Assembly: GCF_009914755.1 (NCBI RefSeq)
Contig: NC_060929.1
Direction: 5' to 3' (one strand)
DNA: 64,000 nucleotides
From: the human T2T-CHM13v2.0 reference genome, Homo sapiens
Below the pieces are notes generated by a model. The model searched no databases. It saw only the letters and a program-made list of their open reading frames with translations, and was not told the DNA's origin. Position numbers and translations under genes: made by a program. Below are positions 36,293-50,647 of the stretch, in pieces. Positions within the stretch are counted from its first letter, which is position 1, and each line of letters starts with the position of its first letter.

Positions 36293-36383
36293 GTATTAGT
36301 CAGAGTTCTCCAGAGAAACAGAGCCAATGGAATATATGTATATTGTATTGTATTTATAGATAGATAGATAAATAGATAGATGT

Positions 36384-36427
<44 letters not shown>

Positions 36428-36710
36428 GAGAGAGATAGATATTGGTCTATTTATACATCATTAGTATTAATTGGCTTATGCGATTATGGAGGCTGAGAAG
36501 TCCCACAAACTGTCATCCGCAAGCTGGAGAGTCAAGAAAGCCAGTGGTAGAATTCAGCCTGAAGGCAGGAGAAGATGCGATGAGCGGTCCCAGCCCAAGC
36601 AGTGAGGCAGGAAGAAAAATGAGTAAATTACTCTTTCCTCTGTCTTTTGTTCTATTTGGTCGCTCAGTGGATTGAATGATGGCCAAACATATTGGGGAGG
36701 ATATGTATTA
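36293..36710 (-). mobile_element. MLT2 (ERVL) LTR carrying a (GATA)n tract
   Basis: gtattagtcagagttctccagagaaacagagccaat...attatggaggctgagaagtcccac. Confidence 0.85.
36357..36441. repeat. (TAGA)n tetranucleotide STR, 11 perfect units at 36384-36427
   Basis: Directly visible. Confidence 0.95.
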
Positions 36711-37193
36711 AAAGCCAATACAGCATAAACAATTATCCAGAAAACATCTTTTGAAACTATTAAACTTGTGATGAAAAATCTCAGGTGACAACTTAAAATG
36801 TGTAAGGAGTTAAATAATTTAAATATTATTTTAGTGAATACAGGAGGATATGTATGTGTGTATATGCCTACACACACACACACACATTCACATATATATA
36901 TATCTTTGTTTTTGGATGGTTTAAGGATGCTTTAAGGATGGTTGCATCTGTACTGAACTCTTTTCTTTTTACCTGTGTCTATCTGGTATACCACAAGAAT
37001 ACATAGGTCTGGATCTCATGAGGAAATATTCTGGAAATCATGGTCCTAGACCATATCTACTAAGTACCTAAACTAGAGTATAATGTAGATCTGAGTGTGA
37101 GGCAGCCATGTTGGGCCCATATGCATATACAGCAAAGAAAGTTGGCACTAGAGAAAAAATAATAAAGCAAATGTAGAAAGAAAAGTAGAGAAG

Positions 37194-37240
37194 TGATGAT
37201 GATGATGAGGATAATGATGATGATGATGATAATGATGATG
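37194..37240. repeat. Imperfect (GAT)n
   Basis: Directly visible. Confidence 0.9.
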
Positions 37241-38601
37241 AGAGAGAGAAGCTGCAAAGTTGCCAATAACTTTTCAATTATAATTCCAGCCATTATTAAG
37301 ATATGGGATCATTTTCTTGCCTTGAAGTTCATGTGCTAATGTTTGCATGTTTCCAATAATTGTCCTTTTCTTAGCTTCAGGTAATTTGAACAGGTATCTC
37401 ACACTTGTCTCTAAATTGTTCCATGCCTAAGCACATTGCAAATAACTGAGAGAAAAAAGCATTTTAAGACTATTGAGGAAGAATTTAAGAGGCCCCACAA
37501 AACCACTGCTGGGATCATAAACCAACAGCATCCATCTCATTAGCCTCATTAATTAGGAAGTTGAAACACCATCTATTCCAACCCCTTCATTTTATAGATA
37601 AGGAAACTCTCTATTTGGTCACATTGTATGCAATTAAGTAACAATTTCAAAAATATACATATTATAGATCTAGATGAAAAGAAATAACCAAACCTTTACA
37701 TAGAACAGCTTGAAATAGAAATCACTGCTGAATGCAGGCTGGTATTATTCTGATTCATCATAGACAGATGATAATTTAGATTCAAGAGAGATTTTCCCTT
37801 AAATATACTTGTACTTCTCACGTGCTGTTTCAGCAATTTAGTTATCTAATGATTTGATTGTATTCATTCCCAAGTCAGGAGCCTAGGTTAAAACATACCT
37901 TGTGAATCTCAAATCAGGTTGCCATGGTAATAGAATCTATTCTCCAGCAACTGTGCACTCTCAGCTAACTTGAGTGTCATGTATTTCTCTATGATGCCAA
38001 AGAACTATGACAGATTATGGGATTTTTATGTCTTATAGTATAGAATTTAATCGCTCTTCAAAAAGGTTTTTATAGATTGCATTTTACATTATGCATTAAT
38101 ATAGCCCCAAAATTGTATTCATTTGAAAAAATGTTACAAATCTTGACTCCAATTTTGGTACAGGTTGAGATGAGTCATTTTATGCTTTAACCCTGCTCCC
38201 TTAGGCACTGTGAAAAAAACTTCAAAGAAAAATTTAAATGAGTTCCGAAACATAGCTTTACTTCCCATTAATACATATTTTCCTTAACGTTTAAAATTCG
38301 TCAGCAAGCTCCTTGTGGGCAGAGAATAGGTTCATATTCTTTGACTCACCCAGAGTAACTAGAATACCACCTCAATGCATCTTTAACTAAACTAGGCATG
38401 TTATATTCCAAGATAATATTCATGAACACCCATGCTCTCCAGTCCCAAAGTATCTCTGTTTACCTGTTGTGTGGCTTAAAATCCAATGACCTGCACTTCT
38501 TGGAAAGACATAAAGCTTCAAGGAAGACAAAGACAAGCAACTCTGAGTAGAAACTTAATCTAATTCCAATCCATCATCAGCATAATAATTATGCTCTACT
38601 A

Positions 38602-38949
38602 TAACTGGTCCTCTGCACCTGCAGTTTCCACATCGCAGAGTTCTGCATCCACCCAACTGCCAATCCAAAATATTTAAGAAAAAAAAACAATAAAGGTTTA
38701 AAGAATTATTTACAATAATGAAAAATAGTACAAATAAAAACAATATAATGTAACAACTTTTTACATATCATTTAAATTGTATTGGGTATTATAAGCAATT
38801 AGAGATGACTTAAAGTATATGGGAGGGTGTTTATAGGTTATATGCAAATAGCATGCCACTTTATATAAGGAACTTGGACATCTATACATTTTGGTATCTG
38901 CAGGGGCCCTGGAACAAACAAATCCTCCAAGAACACAGAGGGGCGACTA
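38602..38949 (+). mobile_element. Tigger3a/MER7A-like TcMar MITE
   Basis: ttgtattgggtattataagcaattagagatga.ttaaagtatatgggag...tataggttatatgcaaata...gaggggcgact. Confidence 0.85.
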
Positions 38950-40058
38950 TATTTTCTTGGCATTACAATGCTAGTGTGTTAAGCATTTTATCTAACTGCT
39001 CCGTATGAACCTTCAAGGCAAACACATTTTATAGATGAGGGCAGTATGGTTTAGAGAAGATAAAGCAAGTTAGCTGAAGACAAACAACTGTAAACTATTC
39101 AAATCCAGGCGTTCTAAATACCTTCCACTAGTGAGGATATTTCTGGCTACAAGTAAATAAAAATCAGATTCACTCTCAATCCAGAGCTAGGGCAAGGGTA
39201 AAGTTAGGCGCCTAGAGCACAAATTTAACATTCACCTCAAGTTCTCACTGTTGTTCTGTCCTGACCTATTCTTTTCCATCCTACTCTGCCCCAGGAGGTT
39301 GATCTGTAAGGATCACATCAGAGCTTCCTTCCCCTCTCACTTCCCTATGGGATGGGTTTTTCTGTTGGATCTCAGCAGGAAATCAGAAAAAGCAGGAGAG
39401 AGACCTGTCTTCAAGGTAGCCTTGGTTGCTTTCCTTTACAAATTTCCCCAGTCTTTATCATATCATATTTAGTACATAAGGGCCACAGAATAATATATGT
39501 TTTATGTTAAGACAGCTGGGTAGAGACACGTGTTTAAAAACCAATGTTAGCCTGCAGATACTGAAATCTCTTATGATATACTTCAGATAATATTATAAAT
39601 ATTACTAATATTCTCTTCAGTTAAATTCACTCAACACTTACTTGGTAATTATTTACTGAAACTCTGAATGACTTTCCATTCTGCTTAATATAAAATTCCA
39701 TATCCTAAAGTGACATATGATCTTCTACAATCTGACTCCTGACTGCCAGTTGACAGTTGAGGTTGTTCTCCATCATTCAGTCTTTAACTGTCTGCAGTCC
39801 AAGGCGTAATGGACTTCTAATATCTTTAAGGGTGCCAAACTCTTTTGACTTGAGGCTTTCTTTACAAACAATCCCTCTGCCACGAATTATTTCCCCTAAC
39901 TTTATTCAGCGGAACAGTTTCTACTATCATATATTTCTTTAGAAGGGCTAAATAAATGAACAATAGTAAAGTATTTAGCTAGTTCTTGGCAAATAACATT
40001 CATGCTAGCTATTATTAATTGTCAAGCCTTGTGCTAAGTGTGGGTCATTTCAAAATTA

Positions 40059-40665
<607 letters not shown>

Positions 40666-42017
40666 TTGAGAAGATAGGCATATGAATGTGTTGTTTTTAT
40701 AGAGGTACTATTAATTATTATTGTATTGATTGGGAGGAAGTAAGCCAATTTCTCCTAGGGGATATCAGAAAGGCTTACCAAATGAAGAAGGAAACTTGTA
40801 TGTTGTACTTAAAACCCCAGATCATATGTCTTCTATGTGCAACTACAGAGAATAAAATAAAAGGAAGTAAAATATTTTGAAAGGCCTATCAGAAACCATG
40901 CATCTTAAAAGTAAGTTCTGTTATTTCCAAGTGAAAAACATGTAAAGAAAGGTAGAGTGGGTGTAGGATAACGTCTGTTCAAGGAATTTTACCATCATTC
41001 TTGGCTGTTCCTGTATTTAGCATTTTTCATCTGGGAAGAAGACTGATGGCATCTTTCTTGAAGATTGTTAACCTTCTTCAAAAAGACTACAATGAGAGGT
41101 GCTATATAAATACACAGAAAAATAACTCAGGCATCTGAGCCCCTCCAGATCTCAGAGACGTGACAATGGAAGATTGACTTAGCAAAGCAGAAGCTTGGAG
41201 GGGAGAAGAAATCGAAGAGCCATCTGTCAGCTAAAAAGCTAGAAAAACAAATACAATAGCAAGTCACATAACCTCAGTCTTGGCCTTTCCTTTGGCTGAT
41301 TAACTAAATGTAGAAAAACTGACCTATCTCATTTCTTTGAGTGCTTCAGAAAACAAAACACTTACTCCTCTTACTGGAAGAGCTTCATGTTGCAAATCGT
41401 AAGGTGATTATTCCTATAAATAAAATTTTAAAGCCCAATGTGTGCATTTAACGGGTGATTATCCAGAAACATTAAAGGGAGGGAAATGTCCTAGTTGGTG
41501 TCATTCACATCTTTCTGAGTCAATCTTTTCATTTATGGAAAATACCACTGTTTTGCATGGGCTTTCTCCCCCCAGGTCCCTGCCATTCGATTCGAAGACA
41601 TCAACACACATGGGCAACCTTTACAACACACTTGCCCTCTCAGTTCTGTTTAATCCTCCTCTGCAATGAGATTTTCTTAACCTCCTCCATGATCCATGTC
41701 CATGAATACACTCTGAATCTTGCCATCCCTAAAACTACTCTATATCCCAAATAATTAATTCTAGTTGCTTAACTGATGTATTTTCAGCTTGATTGCTTCA
41801 CCACTGCTGTTATATGCAATTGCATTTCCAATCTAGCGGCAACTGTTTTCTTACTCTCCATCTCCCTCTCCATCACCTTCTTCCTCTTCATTTACCCTCC
41901 ATTTTCAGATTGGACTTTAAATCATCTCTAACCAATAACACTGATTCCACTGATCCTCTTATTTTCATTATCATCTGGCAAAACCTTTATAAAGAAAAAA
42001 CAATGCCATCTTCTCAC

Positions 42018-42308
42018 TTCTGTACTGTAGTGCTATAAACCGAATGATCTCTACAAAATTTGTATTTTGAAAGCTAGCATCTTATGTGACTGTACATAAA
42101 GATAGAACCTGTAGGAAGTAATTAAGATTAAGTGATTTCATAAGGATAGAACCTGTAGGAAGTAATTAAGGTTAAATGATTTCTGTACCCTGGTGCTATA
42201 AACCGAATATCTCTACAAAATTTGTATTTTGAAAGCTAGCATATTATGTGACTGTACATAAAGATAGAACCTGTAGGAAGTAATTAAGGTTAAATGATTT
42301 CATAAGGA
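42018..42308 (+). repeat. Compound tandem duplication at the 5' edge of the MLT1A LTR
   Basis: Copies begin at 42018 and 42181; the ~40-bp sub-unit gatagaacctgtaggaagtaattaag..tgatttc occurs at 42101, 42145 and 42263. Confidence 0.95.
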
Positions 42309-42568
42309 TGGGGTCCTAATTCTACATGATTGGTGGCTTTATAAGCGGAAGAGAGAGAAGAGTCTCTTTATTATATAGAAGACCATGGTTTATATATACC
42401 AAGGAAAGGCTATGTAAGTACATAGTGAGAGTCAGCTCTCTGCAAGCCAGGAAGAAAGCCCTGCTCTCAGACTTCAGCCTCCAGAAGTCTGAAAAAAAAT
42501 AAGTTTCTGGTTTTTTAAGCCACCTAGTCTATGCTACTTTGTTATGGTAGCCCAAGCTGACTAACACA
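42194..42568 (+). mobile_element. MLT1A-like solo LTR
   Basis: tgcta...gtaattaaggttaaatga...tttaagccacctagtctatg...tttgttatggtagcccaagctgactaacaca. Confidence 0.85.
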
Positions 42569-42775
42569 TCTGGTACCCTAGCATTCTTGGGGGAAAAAGT
42601 CATAATACAAAGTTGATTAGTATGACTACAACTTCATGATTACTAACTGAAACCAGGCCTTCATCACAGACTAAAATGACTAATATGTTTATCTTATCAA
42701 TCAATTTTATATAATGCACAGCAAACAAACATTGTTCATTCTTCCCAAATAGTCATAACCACTTTCCCCTCCCTG

Positions 42776-43643
42776 TTGTATTTGTTGCATAACTAGCTTT
42801 AGTGAATGCCCTCCTTATAACTTTGGGGTTCTTTCCCACTTAGAATCTGAGTGTGGATTTGCTACCTGAGTGTGGATGTGCTACCAATGAGATAATAGCA
42901 TACTTGATGCAAGCCAAAGCTTAAAAAATGACATGTATGTTTTGTTTGTTTCTATGTTCACCTATTCTGGCTCCATAACAAAATAATGTAGACAGGGTGG
43001 CTTAAATGCCAGAAATTTATTTTCTCACAGTTCTGGAGGCTGGAAGTTTAAGATCAGAGCATATCATGGTCAGGTTCTGATGGAGGACCTCTTCCAGTTT
43101 GCTGATAGCCCCTGTCTCATGGTGTCTTCACATAACAGAGAGAATGAAAGAAATAGATAGCTTTCTGGTATCTCTTTTTCTAAAGATGTTAGTTCTGTCT
43201 GATCAAAGCCCCACTCTTATGATCTCATTTAATCTTAGTTACTTCCTTAAAAGTTTTATCTCTAAATATGGTCACATTGATGGTTGGGGGGGCTTTAATA
43301 TATGAATTTAGGGGTGACACAAACATTCAGTCCATAACTGTTTTCTTTCCTGGAATACTGCCACTAGTATTAGAACAAGCCTTATCGAACTTGCTGTAGG
43401 ACTATAGGAAACTTGCAGGGGAAGTGCATGGTCTTAGCTGAAGTCATTCTAGGTCAACCAGCTCATAATTCACCTGGCAGTTGACTACAGGCAGCAAGCC
43501 CAGCCCAAAATCAATGGAACTTAGTCCAGATACACTGAACTGCCTTGCCATCCACAAATGCAGGAGAAGTAATAAGTGGCTGCCAATTTGAGCCCCTAAG
43601 ATTTGAGGTTGGTTGTTTGTTACTCAGCAATAGCTAACTGATA
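42776..43643 (+). mobile_element. MLT1G/H-like LTR split by a younger MLT1A0-like LTR
   Basis: ccaatgagataatagca..cttgatgcaagc..aagctt; end gcaatagctaactgata. Confidence 0.6.
42953..43339 (-). mobile_element. MLT1A0-like solo LTR
   Basis: ccataacaaaata...gaaatttattttctcacagttctggaggctggaag...gacacaaacattcagtccataac. Confidence 0.85.
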
Positions 43644-45370
43644 ATGCCCCATCACTCTTAGAATACCACATATTCTTGTACAGAGAAAATAGAAGCCATC
43701 AAACAGAAATATCCCTTACTTTTTGCTGCCACATTTACAAATTACTGAAAATGTATCAAATCTCTCCTCAACTTTTCCTTCAGTAAAAAAGAAAATGTAT
43801 TTCCTCCTATCTAAAGCCAGCTGCTCCATTTGAATTCTGGAACTCTGGAGTCTCTGCATCTTCTTGTTTCCTTTACTTGCCACTCACTCAACAACCTATT
43901 GCAACTTGTCTTTTATCTCCTGTCAATAAGCCACAATGTCCCTAGATAAGATCACTAAGGAACACTTCATCATATTTTATTTTTCATTTTCTTGACCTCT
44001 CAGTACTTATTCCTCTGGCTTCATAATGCCATCCTTTCATGTTCATCCTCCCACCTCTCTGTCTATTTATTTCAAACTCTTTTCCTGGATCCTTTGCCTC
44101 CATCTGGATTTTAGATACTAGAGTTCCTCAAAGATTAGTCTTAAGACTTCTAATATAGTTACTTAGTGTTCTATCCTTAGGTGAGTTCTTCATCATTCAT
44201 CACCTAATATTGAATACCTCTATATTTACATATCCCAGGCCACTTCTTTAAGCTCTAGATTATACATCTCCAGGACTTCTGGAGATATCTACATCCCAAA
44301 CTCAACATGTACATGTCTCCTCTTGTGATCATCTCTGTTTTATTATACTAACCTGGCATTCTTCCAGTGTTACCCAGTTAAGTAAATGGCACAGCCATCT
44401 GTATTCAGTTTTGCAAGCCAGAATCATCATGTCACCTTGACAACTCCCTTCTCTTCTTCCAATTTCCATTTTCTCCCCCACCCCCAGATGTATGCAATGA
44501 ATAGCTTATAAAGTTGACCTGATTCCCCAGAAGGGTCACTTTTCCTTGCCATATAAACTTTGGTAACCTCTATTTCTCCTTGCAGTGCTCATAAGAATTT
44601 AATTACATCTGTCTTTCCTCTAAAATGTTAACTGTATTTAAAGGGTGGGTCCGTGTTGATATCATTTATCATTCTATCTCCAACACTTAGTAAACTATCT
44701 TGAAATTTATAAATATTCAATAAATAAATATTAAAAAATGGTGGAATATTAATACTCATTTGTACATTTTAATCAGCCAAAGAGTGATTTATGTCCTCTC
44801 AGAGAAAATAGATTTTATAAGTATTTAAATATCTAAGGCAAAATGTGTTCATGTGGGTTTATCTCTTCCTAGATGGTGTACAGATGTTCTGTGTGGTTAA
44901 GAATAATTGCAAGAAAAAATGTTTGGCTACATAAGATTCTACAAGAAAATTATAAGAGCGAACTATGTGGTGAAATTGGTGGGTTATTTTGAGATCAATT
45001 TTAATGAGAAGGAGAAAGTACATTGTTCTACAGTATGGCTAAAAAAAAAATAGATGGGCTTTGGAAGCTGATGTTCAAGTGACAAATTCACCATTTAACC
45101 TTGGAGATTTACCATCTAATAGCCCCTTTTACTCACATAAAAATATTTTAAGTCTAACCATATATTATAACCACTGGTTTAACTTTTGAAAAATAGAGAA
45201 AATGAGTGTCAAACCCAGAGCTTATCAAATGAGAAACAGAATGTGTATGAGTGCTTTAAAACTCCAAAATCTAATGTGTTGCTCAGCAAAGATGAAAGGA
45301 CATGTATGTAGAAAAAGACAGTAGCAATAAGCAATACCTTCCTCATGGGATTGTTAAAAATATCAAGTGA

Positions 45371-45630
<260 letters not shown>

Positions 45631-45739
45631 TATATAGTAAGTGAGATAATATGGGCGAATACTAGCAGAGGGTTCAGAAATATTAGTTTCCTATCCTGTC
45701 TTTTTCCCAGGATACTGGGAACAGTAAGAAAAATGCTTT

Positions 45740-46240
45740 TAGAATAGTGATGTGGAAAAAAGAAGTCCTAAGTTCAAATTCTACCTCTGTTCTTCACTAG
45801 CTGAACAAATATGGGCAAGTCATGCATTTTCTTTAAGCCTGAGTTGTCTGTCTGCTTAACATGAGTAATAATTAATATATATTCATTCAGTTAGATAACA
45901 TACACTCAAATTATTGAAGAAATAAACAATTCAATCAGATCATTCATTGGATATTTCTTGAGCATTTACTCTATGCATAGTACTCTTCTAGGAATTGCAG
46001 AAATAAAAATGAAGAAAAAATGGTGAACATGGTCTCTATCCTTCTGACACTTAAGAACTATCAGTAAATATTTTTAAAAGAAATAAAAAGATAAATGATA
46101 AAGAGATTGTGATACATACCCTACATATAAGTTATTGAGATAGAAAAATAGAAAATACGGGAACTTCTTCGATATAGAGTGATCAAGAATGACCGCTTTC
46201 AGCAAGTTATTTTTGCTCTGAGATCAAGCTAAGGGCTAGA
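45740..46240. mobile_element. MIR (+) followed by L2 tail (-)
   Basis: cctaagttcaaattctacctctg..cttcactagctg; atatttcttgagcatttactctatg. Confidence 0.6.
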
Positions 46241-47294
46241 AGAGAGTAGAGTGTGTTAAGGTGGAAAATAGGGCTTTGGACTCAGGTTATATTTTATATT
46301 GAAATCTAGAAGAATAGAAGCACTCAAATAGCAAACAGATTCAAGTATTTGGCATTTTGTTAACTCTAATGAGATCAGGGTAACTGCCTCAGCCAAGTTT
46401 GATAAAAGAAGCAGATTTTGCCCTTTGCAGTAATAAGATATGCCAACACCACCTCCTGAATTTGATTTTCACCTTTTAACAAGAATGTTTTAGACTCTTT
46501 TAATCATCAGTAGTAACCAGAGACCTTTCACATTCACATTGTGTTCATTTTATTTACCAAATGTATATCAGCAATGTTTAGTGGCATCCAACTAATCTGA
46601 AAAGAGTATTGTAGATTCTATCACAAATGTTACAGATGCCAAGATTTAATAGAAAATTAGGTTAGTTATGTCCAGGCAACATTGCCTAAGGCACAGACCT
46701 CTCTATATTCTCTAAGATGTATTTTGTCTCTAACAACAAGAAACACATATGTACATGTTTATGCAAGTAAACATTTTCATTATTCATTGTCCTCATCGAC
46801 TGGTTCACAAAAAGACATAGGGGCGGTCCATAGAAGAAGGAACTGTTTAGAATCTCACTTGCTTTTCTGCATTCTAACAGTAGAAATTTGAAATTCATGT
46901 TGGAGGCTTTCAGATCCCCAAGTGTTCTGAGTCATCTTTTTCTGTTTCATAAAGAGACAGAATTTTAATCAGGGAGTCTCTATAGATGCAGCAGCCTTGC
47001 CAGAACTAGAGAACACGCCTTTGTTATGTCACCCTACCCCAGGGAGAAGAATAAAGAACATTCTAATTTATAGAACAAGTATATGTAGACACTGGTCTTA
47101 TCGCAATTGTTCAAAACCTCTAGAAGTTATTCCAAAATTCAATCGAACTAAAGCATTAAAATATAAATCCACAAATATTATTATAGCAAAAAATATGTAT
47201 AATATTAAGCCTATCGCTTCTATTAAGCCCAAAATAATTTTCCTATAATTTTTATTTGTTCATATAATGTGTAGTTTGTACCTTTGTTCATACA

Positions 47295-47960
47295 CTCATT
47301 CATCCATTCATTCTTGCAACAAATATAAATTTTTGTGCCAACTGTGTGCCAGGAATTGTGGTAGTCACTGGGGTTTCAACACTGAGTGATGGAGACATGT
47401 TGATTATCCTTGAGGAACTTGAGGAGCTTACTAGAGGAGGGACCAGCTGTCAAACAAACAATTCAATGAGATAGTTAATTACAGATGCTTTATATCCTTT
47501 GGGGAAGCATGCATTTTTTTCTTTTTTTATCTTTTTTTTTTTTTTTTTTGAAATTGACCTACTGATAGCAAGGAGCAGTTGTCAGAAAAAAGAAATCATT
47601 CTCTAAGGGAGAAATATTAAAACACTTAAGTGGGGAATCAATAAGAACTTGCTAGGCAAAAATGAATTGGGGTAAAGGAAGGGAGATTTGTAGGCCAACC
47701 AAAGGACTGACTTTGTGAAGATGTCTCTGCAAGGAGACAAAGGACTCTGCAAATTGAAGGAATTCCTTTGCATCTGAAACTTGGTGAGCAAGGGTGATCA
47801 TCTCAAAATATACTGAGCTATATAAGGCATGTTAAGAAATTTATATCCTTATTCAAAAGACAATAAGAAGCCAATAAACATTTTAAAATACAGCAGCTAC
47901 ATAAAACCTACATATATTTTTTAAAAGATCACTCCGAATGCTGGGTGAAGGATAAATATG
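47295..47960 (-). mobile_element. L2 relic
   Basis: catccattcattcttgcaacaaatat...actgtgtgccagg; tttttaaaagatcactc. Confidence 0.6.
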
Positions 47961-50647
47961 GATACATATTCTGTGCTAAAAAAAAACATTGCTTAAACAT
48001 TTAAGGTGCAATAAAATCATTTTAAATTTTAAAATAACACCAAGAGAAGGGGTATTCTAGGTGTTACAAAAACAAGTTTCCAGAAAATAATGTTAACAAG
48101 ATGGTAGAATAGGAAGTTTCATCTCCCATCCACCAACAGACACACACATTTGGCAAACACCATAGACAAGAGTACATTCGTGGGAGCCGCAGAGTCTAGC
48201 CACAGAGTGTAGTATCCCAGTGAGACAAAAAAAAAAAAAAAATTCTATGAGTAGACACACTAAAGACGATAATAGAGCAGTTTCATATTATGTGCATTAC
48301 CCTTCCTCCAAAGTAGCACAGCTCAATGCCAAGAGAGGCACCCTCAGCCTGCAATTTCTCACATGGGGAGAAGTGGGAGAAAAGTAAGCATTAGGCTTCC
48401 CCAGTCTTGTGGGACACTGCCCAGGAGGCCTGCTTCTGTTTCATCCCACCAGAGCACTGAGAGGTCAGCACAACTAAATCATCTGGGGACAGCTAAAAGC
48501 AGAGAAATGACAAGGGAGCATATAGCAACCATTAGGCAGTTCTCGAGAGCCAGCTGCAAATCCTGCTAACCTGCTACCGGATTCCCCCAAGTGGCCCACC
48601 CACGATCCCTGCAATATGACTCGCCTGAGGAACCCTCTCAACCAGCCAACACATGCCTCCAGCACTCTATGTACTTGCTCACCCACTCCTGCATTGTTGG
48701 CACCCCATATGTTTCTATTAATGGCCCACATGAGCTTTTGTAGGCAGTACATGGATCTCAACAGCAGGTTCAGATCTTAGCAGCTAGCTTTACCCTGTTG
48801 GTTTTGGGAGGGGGCAAACTATGGTGAATGTTTTAAGGCACTGTCCTAGAAAAATAAATGAGAGGGTCTAAGAACCATCCTGGCTTTGCAGGATCAAGAG
48901 AAGACACATAATCCTCAGATTTTCCCACTCAAATATAACAAGACAAGCGGAGCAGGAACCTATTCATAGTAAAGGCCTTGGAGGCCACTAACATCTCTAA
49001 GCAGGTTGACTGGTGAAGGTCTTTCTCTTCAAAGGTAGTCAGTAAAGACTAGAGAAAGGAACTGCTTCCTCAAGTGCAAAAACAGCAATGCAAGACTTAG
49101 AGGAACATGAAGAGTCAAGGAGTTATAATAACATGAAAGAAACAAAATCAAGCTCTAGTGACTTACCCCAGACAAATAGACATCTATGAATTGCCTAACA
49201 ATTCAAAACAATCTTTATAAATAAGTTCAGTGAGCTCCAAAAGAACAGAGATAGCAATTAACAATATCAAGAGGACAGTGCATGAACAAAATGGCAAAGT
49301 CAATAAAGAGATATAAATCATTATTTTAAAACCCAGAAATTATGTATTGAAGAATTCAATGTTTGAAGTAAAAAGTTCAAAAGAGAGACACAAGAGCAGA
49401 ATCAATCAAATGAAAAAGAGAGTCAATAAATTCAAAGACAGATCATTTGAAATTATATAGTCAGAGGGGAAAAAAAAGAAAAAGAATGAAAAAGAATGAA
49501 GAAAGCCTATATGACTCATGGGAAACAATGACTTAAACCAATATACACAGAAGGAGTCCCAGAAGAAGCCGAGAAAGATGGGACAGAAAGCTTATTTAAA
49601 GAAATAAGACAGAAAGTCTTCCAAATCTGAAGAGGGAAATGAGCATCCCTTTATGAACACTCGTGATGCTTAAGGAACTCCAAATAGGTTAAAGATAAAG
49701 AGGACTTCATTGTGACACATTGTAATAAAATTATCAAAGATCAACAACAAAGAGAATGTTGAAAATAGCAAGAGAAAAGTTACTTATCAAATATAAAGGA
49801 ACCTACATAAAATTATCAGGAGATTTCAACAGAAACCTAGCAGGATAGCAGAGTAGGAAAATATATCCAAAGTGCTAAAGGAAAAAAAAAAGCCAACCAA
49901 GAATGTTATACATTGTGAAGTTGTCCCTTAGAAATAAAGGAGAAAGATATGGACTTTTTCAGACAAAAGAAAAAGAGGGAGTTCATCAGCACTAGATCTA
50001 GCGTATGTAAAAAACGCTGAGTTCTTCAAGCTGAAATGAAAAGACTCAAATCAGCACCATGAAAACATATTAAGGTTAAAAGCTCACTGGTAAAGGTAAC
50101 TATATAGTAAAATGAATCATGTTGTAGTGTTTTAATGATGGTTTATATTTTAAGCTTAACTCTAATATAAGATTGAAAGACAAAAGTGTTTAAAACAACT
50201 ATGGTAACAACAATGTGTTAATGGATACGAATATGAAAATATGTAAATTGTGACATCAATAACATAATACATGAGGGAGGAAGTAAAGTTACAGACAATC
50301 AGACAATCAGGGAGGTGTTGTATGTGATCAAAATTTTGTTGTCATCAGACTAAAATACACTTGTATAAATAAAAAAGTGACATATAAGCTTCATGATAAT
50401 CATAGAGAAAAGTTGAAGTAGATACACAAAATATAAAGAAATAAATCAAAGCACACCACAACAAAAAAACTTATCAAATCATAAAATAAGTCAGTAAGAG
50501 AGAAAGAAAAGAACAAAAGAAACACAAAACAGAAAACAAGAAAAAAATGGCAATGAACAAAATGGCAATATATAGGCTCTATTACTTACCTATCAATAAT
50601 TATTTTAAATGTAAATATATTAAATTATCCAATCAAAAGTAAAGATA

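Larger units (their letters stand above)
41560..44732 (+). mobile_element. Long L2 relic interrupted by three MaLR LTRs
   Basis: Pyrimidine-rich L2 text (cagagaaaatagaagccatca, cttgacctctcag, aaactcaacatgt) ending aatattcaataaata. Confidence 0.7.

Noticed and set aside
37060-37293. Poly-Ile / poly-Ser ORFs
   Set aside because: Translations of the (GAT)n microsatellite.
42101-42301. Three ~40-bp repeats as a possible CRISPR-like array
   Set aside because: Primate DNA, irregular spacing, the intervening sequence is itself duplicated LTR rather than unique spacers, and there are no cas genes.
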